DNA of 64,000 bases from a virus (IMGVR_UViG_2595698888_000001:64001-128000); one strand, 5' to 3'. Positions 27,864 through 36,785 are shown, numbered from the stretch's first letter. The notes: generated by a model from the sequence alone, not told the origin. Numbers and translations are program-made.

Positions 27864-28480
27864 ATAGGATTACTTTAACGTTTTTGCTTCTCCGTAAAAA
27901 TGTTAAGCAAATTCGTGAATTTTTATTATCTACATCTGAATCAAGAGTTCGTTCATCCCGTCGAAAATATATTATTGGGATAAAAGAAGAATTAGCTAAA
28001 CTTTCATTATCAAAATATAATTTAATTAAAGCAATAGCAACCAATTTTAGTCGTTTTGAAATTAAAAAACTTAAAACTAATTATGTGCCTAATAGGATTC
28101 ACGAAGAATTTCATACAATTATCAACGTAATAGATGGTACAGATATTGAAGTTTCTAGGAGTGTGAGTTCTTTTTATAGTTCTTTTATGACAAATGAAAA
28201 TGATCTTAAAATAAGCAAACGTGGAATACCCCCATCTAAAGATCCGTGGGTTATATATGATAATGAATTGGATCTTTATTTTCTGATTTATGATGATAAA
28301 ACTATTGTTGATGATGTGGAATTGTTTACAGATTCTGACCATGAATGGTTCATTTCGATATACCGAGAGCTTCAAAAAGCTAAAGAAGCCGAAGATGAAA
28401 TCATGAAACAGCAACAAGAGATGCTAGAGAAACAACGTATAGAACGTAAAAAAGAAGGAATACTTTCAAAATATTCGTAA
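27860..28480 (+). CDS. hypothetical protein, LRK-family paralog D
   Basis: LLLRKN...IIGIKEELAKLSL...IATNFSRF. Confidence 0.72.
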   Translation: MNRITLTFLLLRKNVKQIREFLLSTSESRVRSSRRKYIIGIKEELAKLSLSKYNLIKAIATNFSRFEIKKLKTNYVPNRIHEEFHTIINVIDGTDIEVSRSVSSFYSSFMTNENDLKISKRGIPPSKDPWVIYDNELDLYFLIYDDKTIVDDVELFTDSDHEWFISIYRELQKAKEAEDEIMKQQQEMLEKQRIERKKEGILSKYS

Positions 28481-28488
28481 GGATTATA

Positions 28489-29349
28489 ATGGATTACAAC
28501 GGCAATTATCCGCACGAAAAGTTGGAGTTTGATACTGGTACAATCATTGTTATTAATGGTGATTGTTCTGAAGTACTGAAAGAATTACTTGAGTTGGGTT
28601 ATAAGTTTAATGCTGCAATTACTTCCCCACCATACGCAGAACAACGAAAAGATGTATACGATAGTATATCTCCTGAAGATTTTCCCGAATGGTACACAAG
28701 TATTAGTACTGATATAATGAATGTCATTCATGATGACGGTTCATACTTCTTTAATATTAAAGAACATGTAGATAAAGGTAAGAGAGATACTTACGTTTAT
28801 CGAACAATTATTGATATGTCAGAGAAGTTTAACTGGAGTGATGAATTCATTTGGAACAAAACAAATCCATTTCCAACTGGTGCAAAAACAAGATTGAAAG
28901 ATGGTTTCGAACGAATATATCAATTCAATCATAGTACAAAATATAAATTCTTTCCTGATGAAGTTAAAGTACCAAGTACTTCAAAATATTTGGAAAGTGA
29001 GAAGAAACGTAAAAATAAAGGCGAGCATAAAGTTACAAATGGTTCTTCAATGAACATGGCTAAAAGAATAGCTGAAGATATGGTTCGACCAAGTAATGTT
29101 ATCACTTGCAGTACGAGTAATTTAAATATTGGTCATCCTGCGGTTTATCCCATTGACATTCCAAATTTCTTTATTAAACTTAGTACTGAAGAAAATGATT
29201 GGGTTCTAGATCCATTTGGTGGCTCTGGAACTACTGCATTAAGTGCTATTCAGAATAATCGAAATTGTGTAATCATAGAAAAATCTGAACAGTACTATGA
29301 ATTAATAATTGAACGTCTATTACAATATGGTCGGGAGAATTATATATGA
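28489..29349 (+). CDS. orphan beta-class amino-methyltransferase, probably N4-cytosine
   Basis: Motif IV ITSPPY precedes HPAVYP and motif I VLDPFGGSGTT. SPPY is typical of m4C enzymes. Confidence 0.85.
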   Translation: MDYNGNYPHEKLEFDTGTIIVINGDCSEVLKELLELGYKFNAAITSPPYAEQRKDVYDSISPEDFPEWYTSISTDIMNVIHDDGSYFFNIKEHVDKGKRDTYVYRTIIDMSEKFNWSDEFIWNKTNPFPTGAKTRLKDGFERIYQFNHSTKYKFFPDEVKVPSTSKYLESEKKRKNKGEHKVTNGSSMNMAKRIAEDMVRPSNVITCSTSNLNIGHPAVYPIDIPNFFIKLSTEENDWVLDPFGGSGTTALSAIQNNRNCVIIEKSEQYYELIIERLLQYGRENYI

Positions 29350-29627
29350 AATCTAAGCCAACACGTGAAGATGTATTGAGTTCTGTGCGTCAAGAATCTG
29401 ATCGTATAAATGAAGAAGCAAAAGGTATGGAAGTTTTCGATTTGACTACACCAAAAGAGCTAGAGCCAGTACTTGCTAAAATTCATACATATAGTGAATT
29501 AGGCAAGTCTGGATGGTATGAAGTAGTTTATCACAATGGCACTGAATGGTGTTGTTATGCAGGTTCCAATACATTTAATGACGGTGAAAAAGTTCTAAGT
29601 TGGAAGTACTGCAAAGACGTGTTATAA
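29346..29627 (+). CDS. hypothetical protein
   Basis: 93-aa ORF with ATGA overlap. Confidence 0.7.
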   Translation: MKSKPTREDVLSSVRQESDRINEEAKGMEVFDLTTPKELEPVLAKIHTYSELGKSGWYEVVYHNGTEWCCYAGSNTFNDGEKVLSWKYCKDVL

Positions 29628-29635
29628 GGAAAAAA

Positions 29636-30877
29636 ATGAGCGATAATCATCTAGACAATTTAATAGTAAGACACCTAGCAGGATCACAAGCATACGGTAC
29701 AAGTACGCCATCATCAGATACCGATTTCCGTGGTATCTTTTTGGCAGATAAAGAATTTATTCTAACGCCTTTTTTCACGGTGAATGAAGTTTCAGATCCA
29801 AGTGAAGAAGATACAAAGTACTACGAGCTTAATAACTACATGAAGCTTTATCTTGATGCAAACCCAAATATTCTTGAATCACTTTGGGTAGATGAAGAAG
29901 ATATTGTATTCCGTAATGAAATTTACGACCATCTTCGTAACTCAAGGTCAGAACTTCTTTCATCCAAAATCGCTTTTACATATACTGGATATGCACATAA
30001 CCAGGCAAAGCGTATGAAAAATCATCACGGTTGGATGGACAAAGAACGCACTGGCGTTCGTATTTTACAGGAATACTTTGATCAAACACCATGTGAACAA
30101 ATGATCCAGTGGATTGGTGACACATTCCCTGATTATATCATGAATTTGGTTGATGTTGAAAAAGGTCGCGGGAAATACATAAAAGGTTTCATTGACTTTG
30201 AAAAATTCATGCGTAATGCATCATTACAGATGATCAGCACTCAACCGCTAAAACAGTATCATTTTGTTAAACTTGTTCATAACTACTTTGACCATCAAGT
30301 ACTTGACCGTGATTTTAACATTCTGAATTACAAACATGATTATCAACTAGTTCCATATGGTGATAACATTTTTGGTCTAGTTCCGAAAGAAGGGGCTAAA
30401 ACTATAAATGATGATGGTAGTATTCATCGAATTGATACGAGCAATCTCTCACTTCAAGAAGTGAAAGAGCTTCCGAAGCTTATTGTCAAATTCAATAAAG
30501 ATGAATATGAAAAGAGTTCTGATAATCGGACTAACTATCATCACTGGAAAGCAAATCGTAATGAAGCACGTTCTGAATTAGAACAACTTAATGGTTATGA
30601 TACAAAACATGCAATGCATGTTGTACGGCTTCTTCGTACTGCTGAAGAAGCATTGAGCACAGGCGAAGTTCTTGTTAAACGACCTGATGCTGAAGAACTT
30701 CTTGCAATTCGTAATGGTGCTTGGAGTTTTGATGAAATGATGGAGTACTGGACAGAACGTGACCAGTATATCCGTGAAGTACTTTATAAACAATCAGTGT
30801 TGCCTAAAACTCCGAATATTCAAAAAGCAGGAAAACTACTAATTGAACTTCGTGAAATGCAATGGTACGGGAAATAA
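29636..30877 (+). CDS. RlaP/YcgL-like Pol-beta nucleotidyltransferase
   Basis: LAGSQAYGTSTPSSDTDFRGIF, NPNILESLW, GYDTKHAMHVVRLL, LLAIRNG. Confidence 0.82.
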   Translation: MSDNHLDNLIVRHLAGSQAYGTSTPSSDTDFRGIFLADKEFILTPFFTVNEVSDPSEEDTKYYELNNYMKLYLDANPNILESLWVDEEDIVFRNEIYDHLRNSRSELLSSKIAFTYTGYAHNQAKRMKNHHGWMDKERTGVRILQEYFDQTPCEQMIQWIGDTFPDYIMNLVDVEKGRGKYIKGFIDFEKFMRNASLQMISTQPLKQYHFVKLVHNYFDHQVLDRDFNILNYKHDYQLVPYGDNIFGLVPKEGAKTINDDGSIHRIDTSNLSLQEVKELPKLIVKFNKDEYEKSSDNRTNYHHWKANRNEARSELEQLNGYDTKHAMHVVRLLRTAEEALSTGEVLVKRPDAEELLAIRNGAWSFDEMMEYWTERDQYIREVLYKQSVLPKTPNIQKAGKLLIELREMQWYGK

Positions 30878-30878
30878 T

Positions 30879-31292
30879 ATGACTCTTTTAGAACAATTTA
30901 AAACTGCACGTGAAGTATATCTTTCTTTAATCAACGAACATAGCGATGATATTATTCGTGAAATCGTCAAAGAACTTGGAATTAAATATCCAGGGCTAAC
31001 AACTGGTATGATTATCGGTTACACCCCTGAATGGAATGATGGCGAAGCATGTGAGCATAGTTCTGATATTCAAATCCAATATATCGATGATTCTATTGAA
31101 GAATTTATGGATCTTGCTGAAGACCACGAATTTAATAATTTATCACGTGAAGATGCACGTGAAATTAGTAAAGAGCTTGACCTTGTTGATATTATTCTTC
31201 ATGAAATTTATGGAACTAATTATCAATTCGCTTTTACCATCATTGATGGTACTGTTACAATTAAACGTGAATATTATGAGTGTGGTTATTAA
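30879..31292 (+). CDS. hypothetical protein, TPxxNDGxxCxH paralog 1
   Basis: GYTPEWNDGEACEHS, ends YYECGY*. Confidence 0.78.
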   Translation: MTLLEQFKTAREVYLSLINEHSDDIIREIVKELGIKYPGLTTGMIIGYTPEWNDGEACEHSSDIQIQYIDDSIEEFMDLAEDHEFNNLSREDAREISKELDLVDIILHEIYGTNYQFAFTIIDGTVTIKREYYECGY

Positions 31293-31295
31293 TAA

Positions 31296-31802
31296 ATGAG
31301 TCTTTTTGAAAAATTCAGCGAACTAACACGCAATTACAATAAAGCTAAGTATGATCTTGCGGCGTTCATTAATGATAACCAAAAACAAATTCTGATTGAC
31401 GTTTCTAAAGAATTGAAAAAAATCAACGGAATGAATAAAGTTGTTATAAAAGGTTATACTCCATGCTTCAACGATGGTGATGCATGTACTCACAGTAGCT
31501 CAGCATATTTCAACCAACGTTATGATTTTGGGGAATTAGCTGAAGATGACACCATTAGCGGATTAGCCGAATTTTTAGGTGCACCAGACGAATTTATCTA
31601 TGGTGAAGATGACCTATATAATTGGGAAGATCTCAGTTCTGTTAATACTTATAGCACTGAAGACCAAGACAAGATAAACAGCTTAGTTTCAATGCTAGAC
31701 GACTTGATTGAACGAATTTATGATACTAATTATATTGTTTTCATCGATTTGACTACTGATGAACCAACGATTAGTTATCAATCTTACGATTGTGGATATT
31801 AA
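31296..31802 (+). CDS. hypothetical protein, TPxxNDGxxCxH paralog 2
   Basis: GYTPCFNDGDACTHS, ends SYDCGY*. Confidence 0.78.
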   Translation: MSLFEKFSELTRNYNKAKYDLAAFINDNQKQILIDVSKELKKINGMNKVVIKGYTPCFNDGDACTHSSSAYFNQRYDFGELAEDDTISGLAEFLGAPDEFIYGEDDLYNWEDLSSVNTYSTEDQDKINSLVSMLDDLIERIYDTNYIVFIDLTTDEPTISYQSYDCGY

Positions 31803-31803
31803 T

Positions 31804-32280
31804 ATGTTTGAACGTACTGACAAAGCTGTATCAGAATACAAAAAAGAACTTGCCAAAATGCAAGCTGAACTTCGTGAAAAGTTCATTGAAGACCTAAAAC
31901 TAGACGCCGCCGAACTAAAGGCTGCTTTTCCAAATCTAGATAAGATTTTCATTATTGGTAGTACTCCAGAATGGAATGATGGTGAGGAATGTGTTCATGA
32001 ATCGGAAGTCCTAATCGAAAACCGTAATGGTGACGGATGGTACGATATGCGTACATACGTTGACCGTATGTATTGGGATGCAGAAGTAGTTCCAGATGAA
32101 TTCCTACACATTAATATGAATTTGAGTCCTGAAGATCTAAGTAAAATCCGTCTCATTCTACTTAATGCTGGTCTTGAAGATGACTTGGAAGCAGTTTTTG
32201 AAACAAACTACCATATCATTATTGATATGACTGGTGAAGATGTTGAGGTAATTGTCGAAGATTATGACCGTGGATACTAA
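31804..32280 (+). CDS. hypothetical protein, TPxxNDGxxCxH paralog 3
   Basis: GSTPEWNDGEECVHE, ends DYDRGY*. Confidence 0.78.
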   Translation: MFERTDKAVSEYKKELAKMQAELREKFIEDLKLDAAELKAAFPNLDKIFIIGSTPEWNDGEECVHESEVLIENRNGDGWYDMRTYVDRMYWDAEVVPDEFLHINMNLSPEDLSKIRLILLNAGLEDDLEAVFETNYHIIIDMTGEDVEVIVEDYDRGY

Positions 32281-32839
32281 TACGTTAAATCCAGTGGGGA
32301 GCATTGAATTAAATCTTTTTTCATGGGAGGTTCCTGCGAACCTTCCAGTACAAGAATTTAAATACGCTTCACCAGAGATTGTACTTGACAACATTCCACC
32401 AGAAATGGCAGAATTAGTACAGCGAATGATTGATGAAATTAAAAAATATGATTCACGTTCAATCGTTGTAGATTATCGAGTGCGTAATCTTGATACAGGC
32501 GATAGTGGTTCTCACATTTATGGTTATCATCTTGATTGTACAAACAATATCCATGATGACTTTGAACCTGAAACACACATTATCTTTGGTACAGTTCAGG
32601 GAACTAGCTTTATAATGAATCCAATTAATGCTATTGGATATAACACTGTAGATGATATTTTAAAAAATGAAGTACTTGTTGAATATGTTGCTCCTACAAA
32701 CACAGCACACAAATATACGAGTAAAGTACTTCATAATTGTCCACTAATCGAAAATCCATGCCAGCGATTGCTAATTCGTGTTACCGCTGGATTCAAAGAG
32801 AGAATTAAACATGCCAAATCTATCCAGCATCAAGCGTGA
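32264..32839 (+). CDS. putative 2OG-Fe(II) dioxygenase-fold protein
   Basis: GYHLD (HxD), distal LHNCP and RLLIRV fit the HxD...H...R pattern. Confidence 0.5.
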   Translation: MTVDTNTLNPVGSIELNLFSWEVPANLPVQEFKYASPEIVLDNIPPEMAELVQRMIDEIKKYDSRSIVVDYRVRNLDTGDSGSHIYGYHLDCTNNIHDDFEPETHIIFGTVQGTSFIMNPINAIGYNTVDDILKNEVLVEYVAPTNTAHKYTSKVLHNCPLIENPCQRLLIRVTAGFKERIKHAKSIQHQA

Positions 32840-33227
32840 TATTGAACGTAAGTATTTCAGTACTAATGATACTGCTGAACGTTACAATATTTTAAAAGAA
32901 CTCACTGACCATCTTAATGAACTACGTCAAAAGACTGTTTCTCAAATTGGAAGTGGTTTTGAGAATTGCAACATGGCAGACGCTTTACGTAGAATATGTA
33001 TTTTATTAGCAGACCAAAGTGGTTGGGCTGTTAGTACTGTTTCAGATTACGTAAAAGAAAGTTCAACTATCGAAGATGTAACTGACAATTTAAGTCTAGA
33101 TTCACTAGATTTGGTTGAATTTATTATGGCAGTTGAAGAAGAATTTGATGCTGAAATCTCTGATGAAGATGCAGAAAAATTTGAAACAATTGGTGACATT
33201 ATTGCTAATGTTCTAATCCGTAATTAA
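32811..33227 (+). CDS. acyl carrier protein with ~65-aa N-terminal extension
   Basis: [36 protein letters not shown] closely matches AcpP including the phosphopantetheine Ser. Confidence 0.88.
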   Translation: MPNLSSIKRDIERKYFSTNDTAERYNILKELTDHLNELRQKTVSQIGSGFENCNMADALRRICILLADQSGWAVSTVSDYVKESSTIEDVTDNLSLDSLDLVEFIMAVEEEFDAEISDEDAEKFETIGDIIANVLIRN

Positions 33228-33233
33228 TCATTG

Positions 33234-33258
33234 AAACCCGCTGTTACTGGCGGGTTTT
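33234..33258 (+). terminator. intrinsic terminator
   Basis: AAACCCGC...GCGGGTTT followed by T. Confidence 0.75.
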
Positions 33259-33302
33259 CTATTAAATATGGTATATACCTGAAAATTCATGAGGGGTTTA
33301 CC

Positions 33303-33680
33303 ATGTGGAATTTTATTAAGTTAAACAAATTACCAATAAGTATTGTTGCATTTGTGTTATACACAGTACTGATGGTTTTTGGTGGTTGGAAAGTTCATAC
33401 CTACTATGTTGGCTATCAACAAAATCTTGAAGCTAAAGTAGAGCAAGTTGTTAAAGATGGTATCAGTACTTATCAACGCAACCAGGCTCAAGGGTTAGAA
33501 GATACAAAAAATCTCCTAAAAGATGCCAAAACTAACACAATCATTAAAGAAAGTACTATTGTTAATAGACCTATCTATATGCAACAATGTATAGATCAAG
33601 CTGGTGTTGATTTACTAAAACAGTACCGTGAGGATTCTAAAAACATAATCAACGGGACTAAGAAAAATGAAAAAAATTAA
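33303..33680 (+). CDS. inner-membrane spanin (Rz-like)
   Basis: N-terminal transmembrane helix, helical periplasmic part, C-terminal Cys, overlapping a downstream lipoprotein. Confidence 0.7.
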   Translation: MWNFIKLNKLPISIVAFVLYTVLMVFGGWKVHTYYVGYQQNLEAKVEQVVKDGISTYQRNQAQGLEDTKNLLKDAKTNTIIKESTIVNRPIYMQQCIDQAGVDLLKQYREDSKNIINGTKKNEKN

Positions 33681-33978
33681 AATGTTTTTCGCCGCCATCA
33701 TTATAGCAGTGACATTTGCTATAAGTGGATGTGGTAATCAAGTACATAATCAGCCGATTATAGAACAACAATCTATGCTACAGCTTTGCGGTACTGATAC
33801 ACCGATTCCAACTAACTATGTTATTAACGATAAAGGTGAGCAAGTTTATAACGGTAAAGAAGTGTTTACTGTTTTGCGTGACTGGCAAGCGTACTACAAT
33901 GAATGTGCAGCGATGCATAATCAACTTGTGCGTACTATTCTTGAACTTCAAAATATGAAAGAAGTTCCTAAAAAATAG
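33667..33978 (+). CDS. outer-membrane spanin lipoprotein (Rz1-like)
   Basis: Lipobox ISGC, YNECAAMHNQLV, 14-bp overlap with the i-spanin. Confidence 0.7.
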   Translation: MKKIKMFFAAIIIAVTFAISGCGNQVHNQPIIEQQSMLQLCGTDTPIPTNYVINDKGEQVYNGKEVFTVLRDWQAYYNECAAMHNQLVRTILELQNMKEVPKK

Positions 33979-33979
33979 G

Positions 33980-34037
33980 TTGATTAACAGCTAAGATGTT
34001 GATATAATAAAGGAAATCGTGAGATTTCCTTTTTTTC
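33980..34037 (+). promoter_or_regulatory. sigma70 promoter overlapping a terminator hairpin
   Basis: TTGATT-17-TATAAT (34003-34008), then AAGGAAATC-GTGA-GATTTCCTT plus T run (34010-34037). Confidence 0.7.
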
Positions 34038-34052
34038 GTTTGGAGCTTAGAA

Positions 34053-34442
34053 ATGCTTAAAGATTTAGAATTCACCCACCTGGAAGTAGTTAGTGCAACT
34101 AAAAATATTAATGATTTATATGACAAAAAAGATTTTAATATTACTATAACTATGGTGCGTGAAGAAGATTCTTTTACACATTTAGAAGGAATCGAAAGGC
34201 TACTACATGAAACTCGGCTACATAATGAAAATAAATTTATTAAGTTAAGTTGTACTTATACTGAAACTGAAGATGGAAAAGTTATCCTTCCTATCAAAGT
34301 TGCGTATAATGGAAGTACCGTAAAGTACCGTAAACGTGCTTACTATGAGCACGAACTTACTCCTGATATTTTTGAAGATATTAACTTCGTAGAGAACTTT
34401 TTCGAACGTTCTCCTAACGACCTAAAACGTGTTTATATGTGA
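34053..34442 (+). CDS. hypothetical protein
   Basis: 129-aa ORF with GGAG RBS. Confidence 0.7.
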   Translation: MLKDLEFTHLEVVSATKNINDLYDKKDFNITITMVREEDSFTHLEGIERLLHETRLHNENKFIKLSCTYTETEDGKVILPIKVAYNGSTVKYRKRAYYEHELTPDIFEDINFVENFFERSPNDLKRVYM

Positions 34443-34452
34443 GGATTAAATA

Positions 34453-34710
34453 ATGGATGATGATGTTTATTATCGTATAATTCGCACCCGCGAAGATGAT
34501 AACATACTTACTGTTGTGTGTATGCAATGGTTTGATGAAGATGCCTACGATGTTAATCGTTTTTTATGTGCCAAAGGCACTGATGATCGTTTGATATTCA
34601 GTACTGTAGAAAAGGCAGTTAAGTTCCTGAATGATAACATCAAACAAGAATTTATTGATCCTGAGTATCGCTGTATGACTCAGGAAAACAATGATTCATT
34701 CTACAAATAA
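34453..34710 (+). CDS. hypothetical protein
   Basis: 85-aa ORF with GAGGA RBS. Confidence 0.7.
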   Translation: MDDDVYYRIIRTREDDNILTVVCMQWFDEDAYDVNRFLCAKGTDDRLIFSTVEKAVKFLNDNIKQEFIDPEYRCMTQENNDSFYK

Positions 34711-34740
34711 ATGAAACACAATTAAAAATTGTGGTATAAT
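34711..34740 (+). promoter_or_regulatory. extended -10 promoter driving the ORF-free structured region
   Basis: ATGAAAC-N13-GTGGTATAAT. Confidence 0.72.
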
Positions 34741-34741
34741 G

Positions 34742-35213
34742 TAGGGGAAGACCTGAAAAGGTTTTCCTCTAAAAACTCTGATTGATCCATAATATGGAAT
34801 AGTTTAAACCTGATCTCGTTGAAAATGTAAACAGCAGATGAGTAGTTCAATCAGTACGAGTGCAATATATTTTACCCGTTAGGAATCGGCATAGTTTGTA
34901 CCGACCACGGCAATGCGGCACTTTAAATGCGTCCTTGACATGAACGCACTAGATAGGCATTAGAGGCATACTCACCTGTTAAAAGGGAGATATTCTACGG
35001 AATATCAATAGTACTTGTTGCTGAATTAGCGAGTACTATATGCGAAGGAATGTGAAATCTTCGACCGTTGTATGCGACTGTAGTAACTGGAAACCGGACA
35101 ACCCGCCAGTGTTTGCTACAAATTTTAGATAATATAGATCCGTCCAAAATTTGAGTAAAATCTACAAATTCAGAGGTAAGACTACCACCGTCAGATATAT
35201 TCTGACTTTTTTT
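34742..35213 (+). ncRNA. candidate large structured non-coding RNA (may extend to ~35361)
   Basis: No ORF of 60 aa or more in 34711-35364, and the stretch looks more GC-rich than its flanks. At least eight helices, including GAAA- and cUACGg-capped hairpins. Terminator-like GTCAGA-TATAT-TCTGAC-T7 at 35190-35213. Confidence 0.6.
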
Positions 35214-35364
35214 CGTTCCCCTTTCGTGGGGGGATGCAAATGGATCAACAAACCCCGTCAGTATAAAAGTATTGAACGTACTTAAATAATAGAACTGAAT
35301 GTTTAATTATTCGAGTTCGACAGAACGAGAAGAATGAAACATTCTTGGCTAACGGAGTTAGACA

Positions 35365-35736
35365 ATGAACATTGGAGAAAACGAGTACTTTGATAACATA
35401 CTAATAAAGTACTTCCTTATTTTAATTGAGATTAATCTGTATACTTACAGATTTAATAGTTTTAGATTGAATATTGAATCTAAAAAGGATAAATCACCTG
35501 GCATTTACGAAGCAATGCAGGAGATGGCTTATCTAGGTGAAAAGATAGTATGTGTTAATTTTGATCGTAGCTATCCCGTCAAACATACTGATAATATACA
35601 CTACTTTATCGGGAAAAATGCGTATTACTTACCACCAGTACCTTGTGACTTTTTATTCATATGTAATAATATAACAAGAGAAGAATTGGATAAAATAGCA
35701 AATTTTTATAATCCAAAGTTTATTTTTCACTGCTAA
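35365..35736 (+). CDS. hypothetical protein (true start may be internal)
   Basis: ORF in the track. Weak RBS at the first ATG. Confidence 0.45.
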   Translation: MNIGENEYFDNILIKYFLILIEINLYTYRFNSFRLNIESKKDKSPGIYEAMQEMAYLGEKIVCVNFDRSYPVKHTDNIHYFIGKNAYYLPPVPCDFLFICNNITREELDKIANFYNPKFIFHC

Positions 35737-35760
35737 ATACAGTATCTATAAACTACAAGG

Positions 35761-36210
35761 ATGATTATTATGAGCGAACATTTTGATCCTAATGACATAC
35801 GAAGTATGATTGATTATGTAGAAACTACTGACGATACCCACGAAGATATATTAATTAAATTCGTAGAGAATAGTCTATTTCTAGAATCGCAAGCACACCA
35901 CTGGCATCTACAATGCATGTACTATTCAAAACATATGGAACTGGATGAATTTTATAAAGGTTTACCAGAATATGTTGATGAATTCATTGAAGGTTTGATG
36001 GCAGAACGTGGACCAATATTCAGTACTGGAAGTTCTTATGTATTCCAGCCATTAGAAGAAGCAATCCCTCTACTTGAGCAATATGTACAGCACTGCCACA
36101 AAATACATGAAATATTGGACAGTCTTGATGAATATGGTTCAGTTAACAAACTAGAAGATATTATTAGTTTTGTTGACAGCATTTTATACAAACTTAAAGT
36201 ACTACAATAA
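35761..36210 (+). CDS. Dps/ferritin-like four-helix protein
   Basis: QAHHWHLQ..YSKHMELDEFY..VDEFIEG ferroxidase-like pattern. TAAATA upstream. Confidence 0.72.
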   Translation: MIIMSEHFDPNDIRSMIDYVETTDDTHEDILIKFVENSLFLESQAHHWHLQCMYYSKHMELDEFYKGLPEYVDEFIEGLMAERGPIFSTGSSYVFQPLEEAIPLLEQYVQHCHKIHEILDSLDEYGSVNKLEDIISFVDSILYKLKVLQ

Positions 36211-36215
36211 TCAAT

Positions 36216-36243
36216 AAGGACACATAATGTGTCCTTTCTTTTT
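36216..36243 (+). terminator. intrinsic terminator
   Basis: AAGGACACA-TAA-TGTGTCCTT followed by a T-rich tail. Confidence 0.82.
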
Positions 36244-36254
36244 GGGAGAAGAAA

Positions 36255-36785
36255 ATGAAAGTTCTAATTAATACTCATCATCATGATTGGGATTGTGAAA
36301 CTTGTGGTGGTTCATCGTCAACAACTATTTCATTTGACAATAGTGAGCTTGGATATTTTGAAGATGGAGAACCAGCTACTTGCTTCACTGGTAAGGATGG
36401 TGATCTATACACGGTGTTGAAAGAGTTGAATTCAAGACTCAAGGAACGTGGAATATCCATAGATTTAAAAGAATTTGATGATACTTTATCAGAAAAGTAC
36501 TATGAAATTATGGAATCATTGGATTGGGATTTTGAAGCAGCAAGTACTGAACAAAATGAAATTATATCATCATATGACAAATCGTATGAAGAATATATCT
36601 TGTTTTATGCAGAAGATTCATTGATTGAACACTATTCAAAACATGGCATTTTTCTAGAATTTGAAGAAACGTGTGATGAAATTGAATATGATGATTATGA
36701 TGCCGATGAGCATGATCAATATTATTCAGACTTGTTTGATAATGGTTACACAACTGATGACTCTTATACAAGAGACGATGAATAA
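36255..36785 (+). CDS. acidic hypothetical protein with CxxC
   Basis: HHHDWDCETCGG and a very acidic C-terminus. Confidence 0.72.
   Translation: MKVLINTHHHDWDCETCGGSSSTTISFDNSELGYFEDGEPATCFTGKDGDLYTVLKELNSRLKERGISIDLKEFDDTLSEKYYEIMESLDWDFEAASTEQNEIISSYDKSYEEYILFYAEDSLIEHYSKHGIFLEFEETCDEIEYDDYDADEHDQYYSDLFDNGYTTDDSYTRDDE

Noticed and set aside
15440-29349. Complete restriction-modification systems around either methyltransferase
   Set aside because: No adjacent gene shows a recognisable endonuclease motif, so both are treated as orphan MTases.
34742-35361. tmRNA, RNase P RNA, tRNA cluster, group I/II intron or hammerhead identity for the structured region
   Set aside because: I found no tRNA-like acceptor/T-arm ends, no GAGGAAAGUCC RNase P core, no P7/catalytic intron elements and no CUGAUGA...GAAA core. 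It is left as an unknown class.
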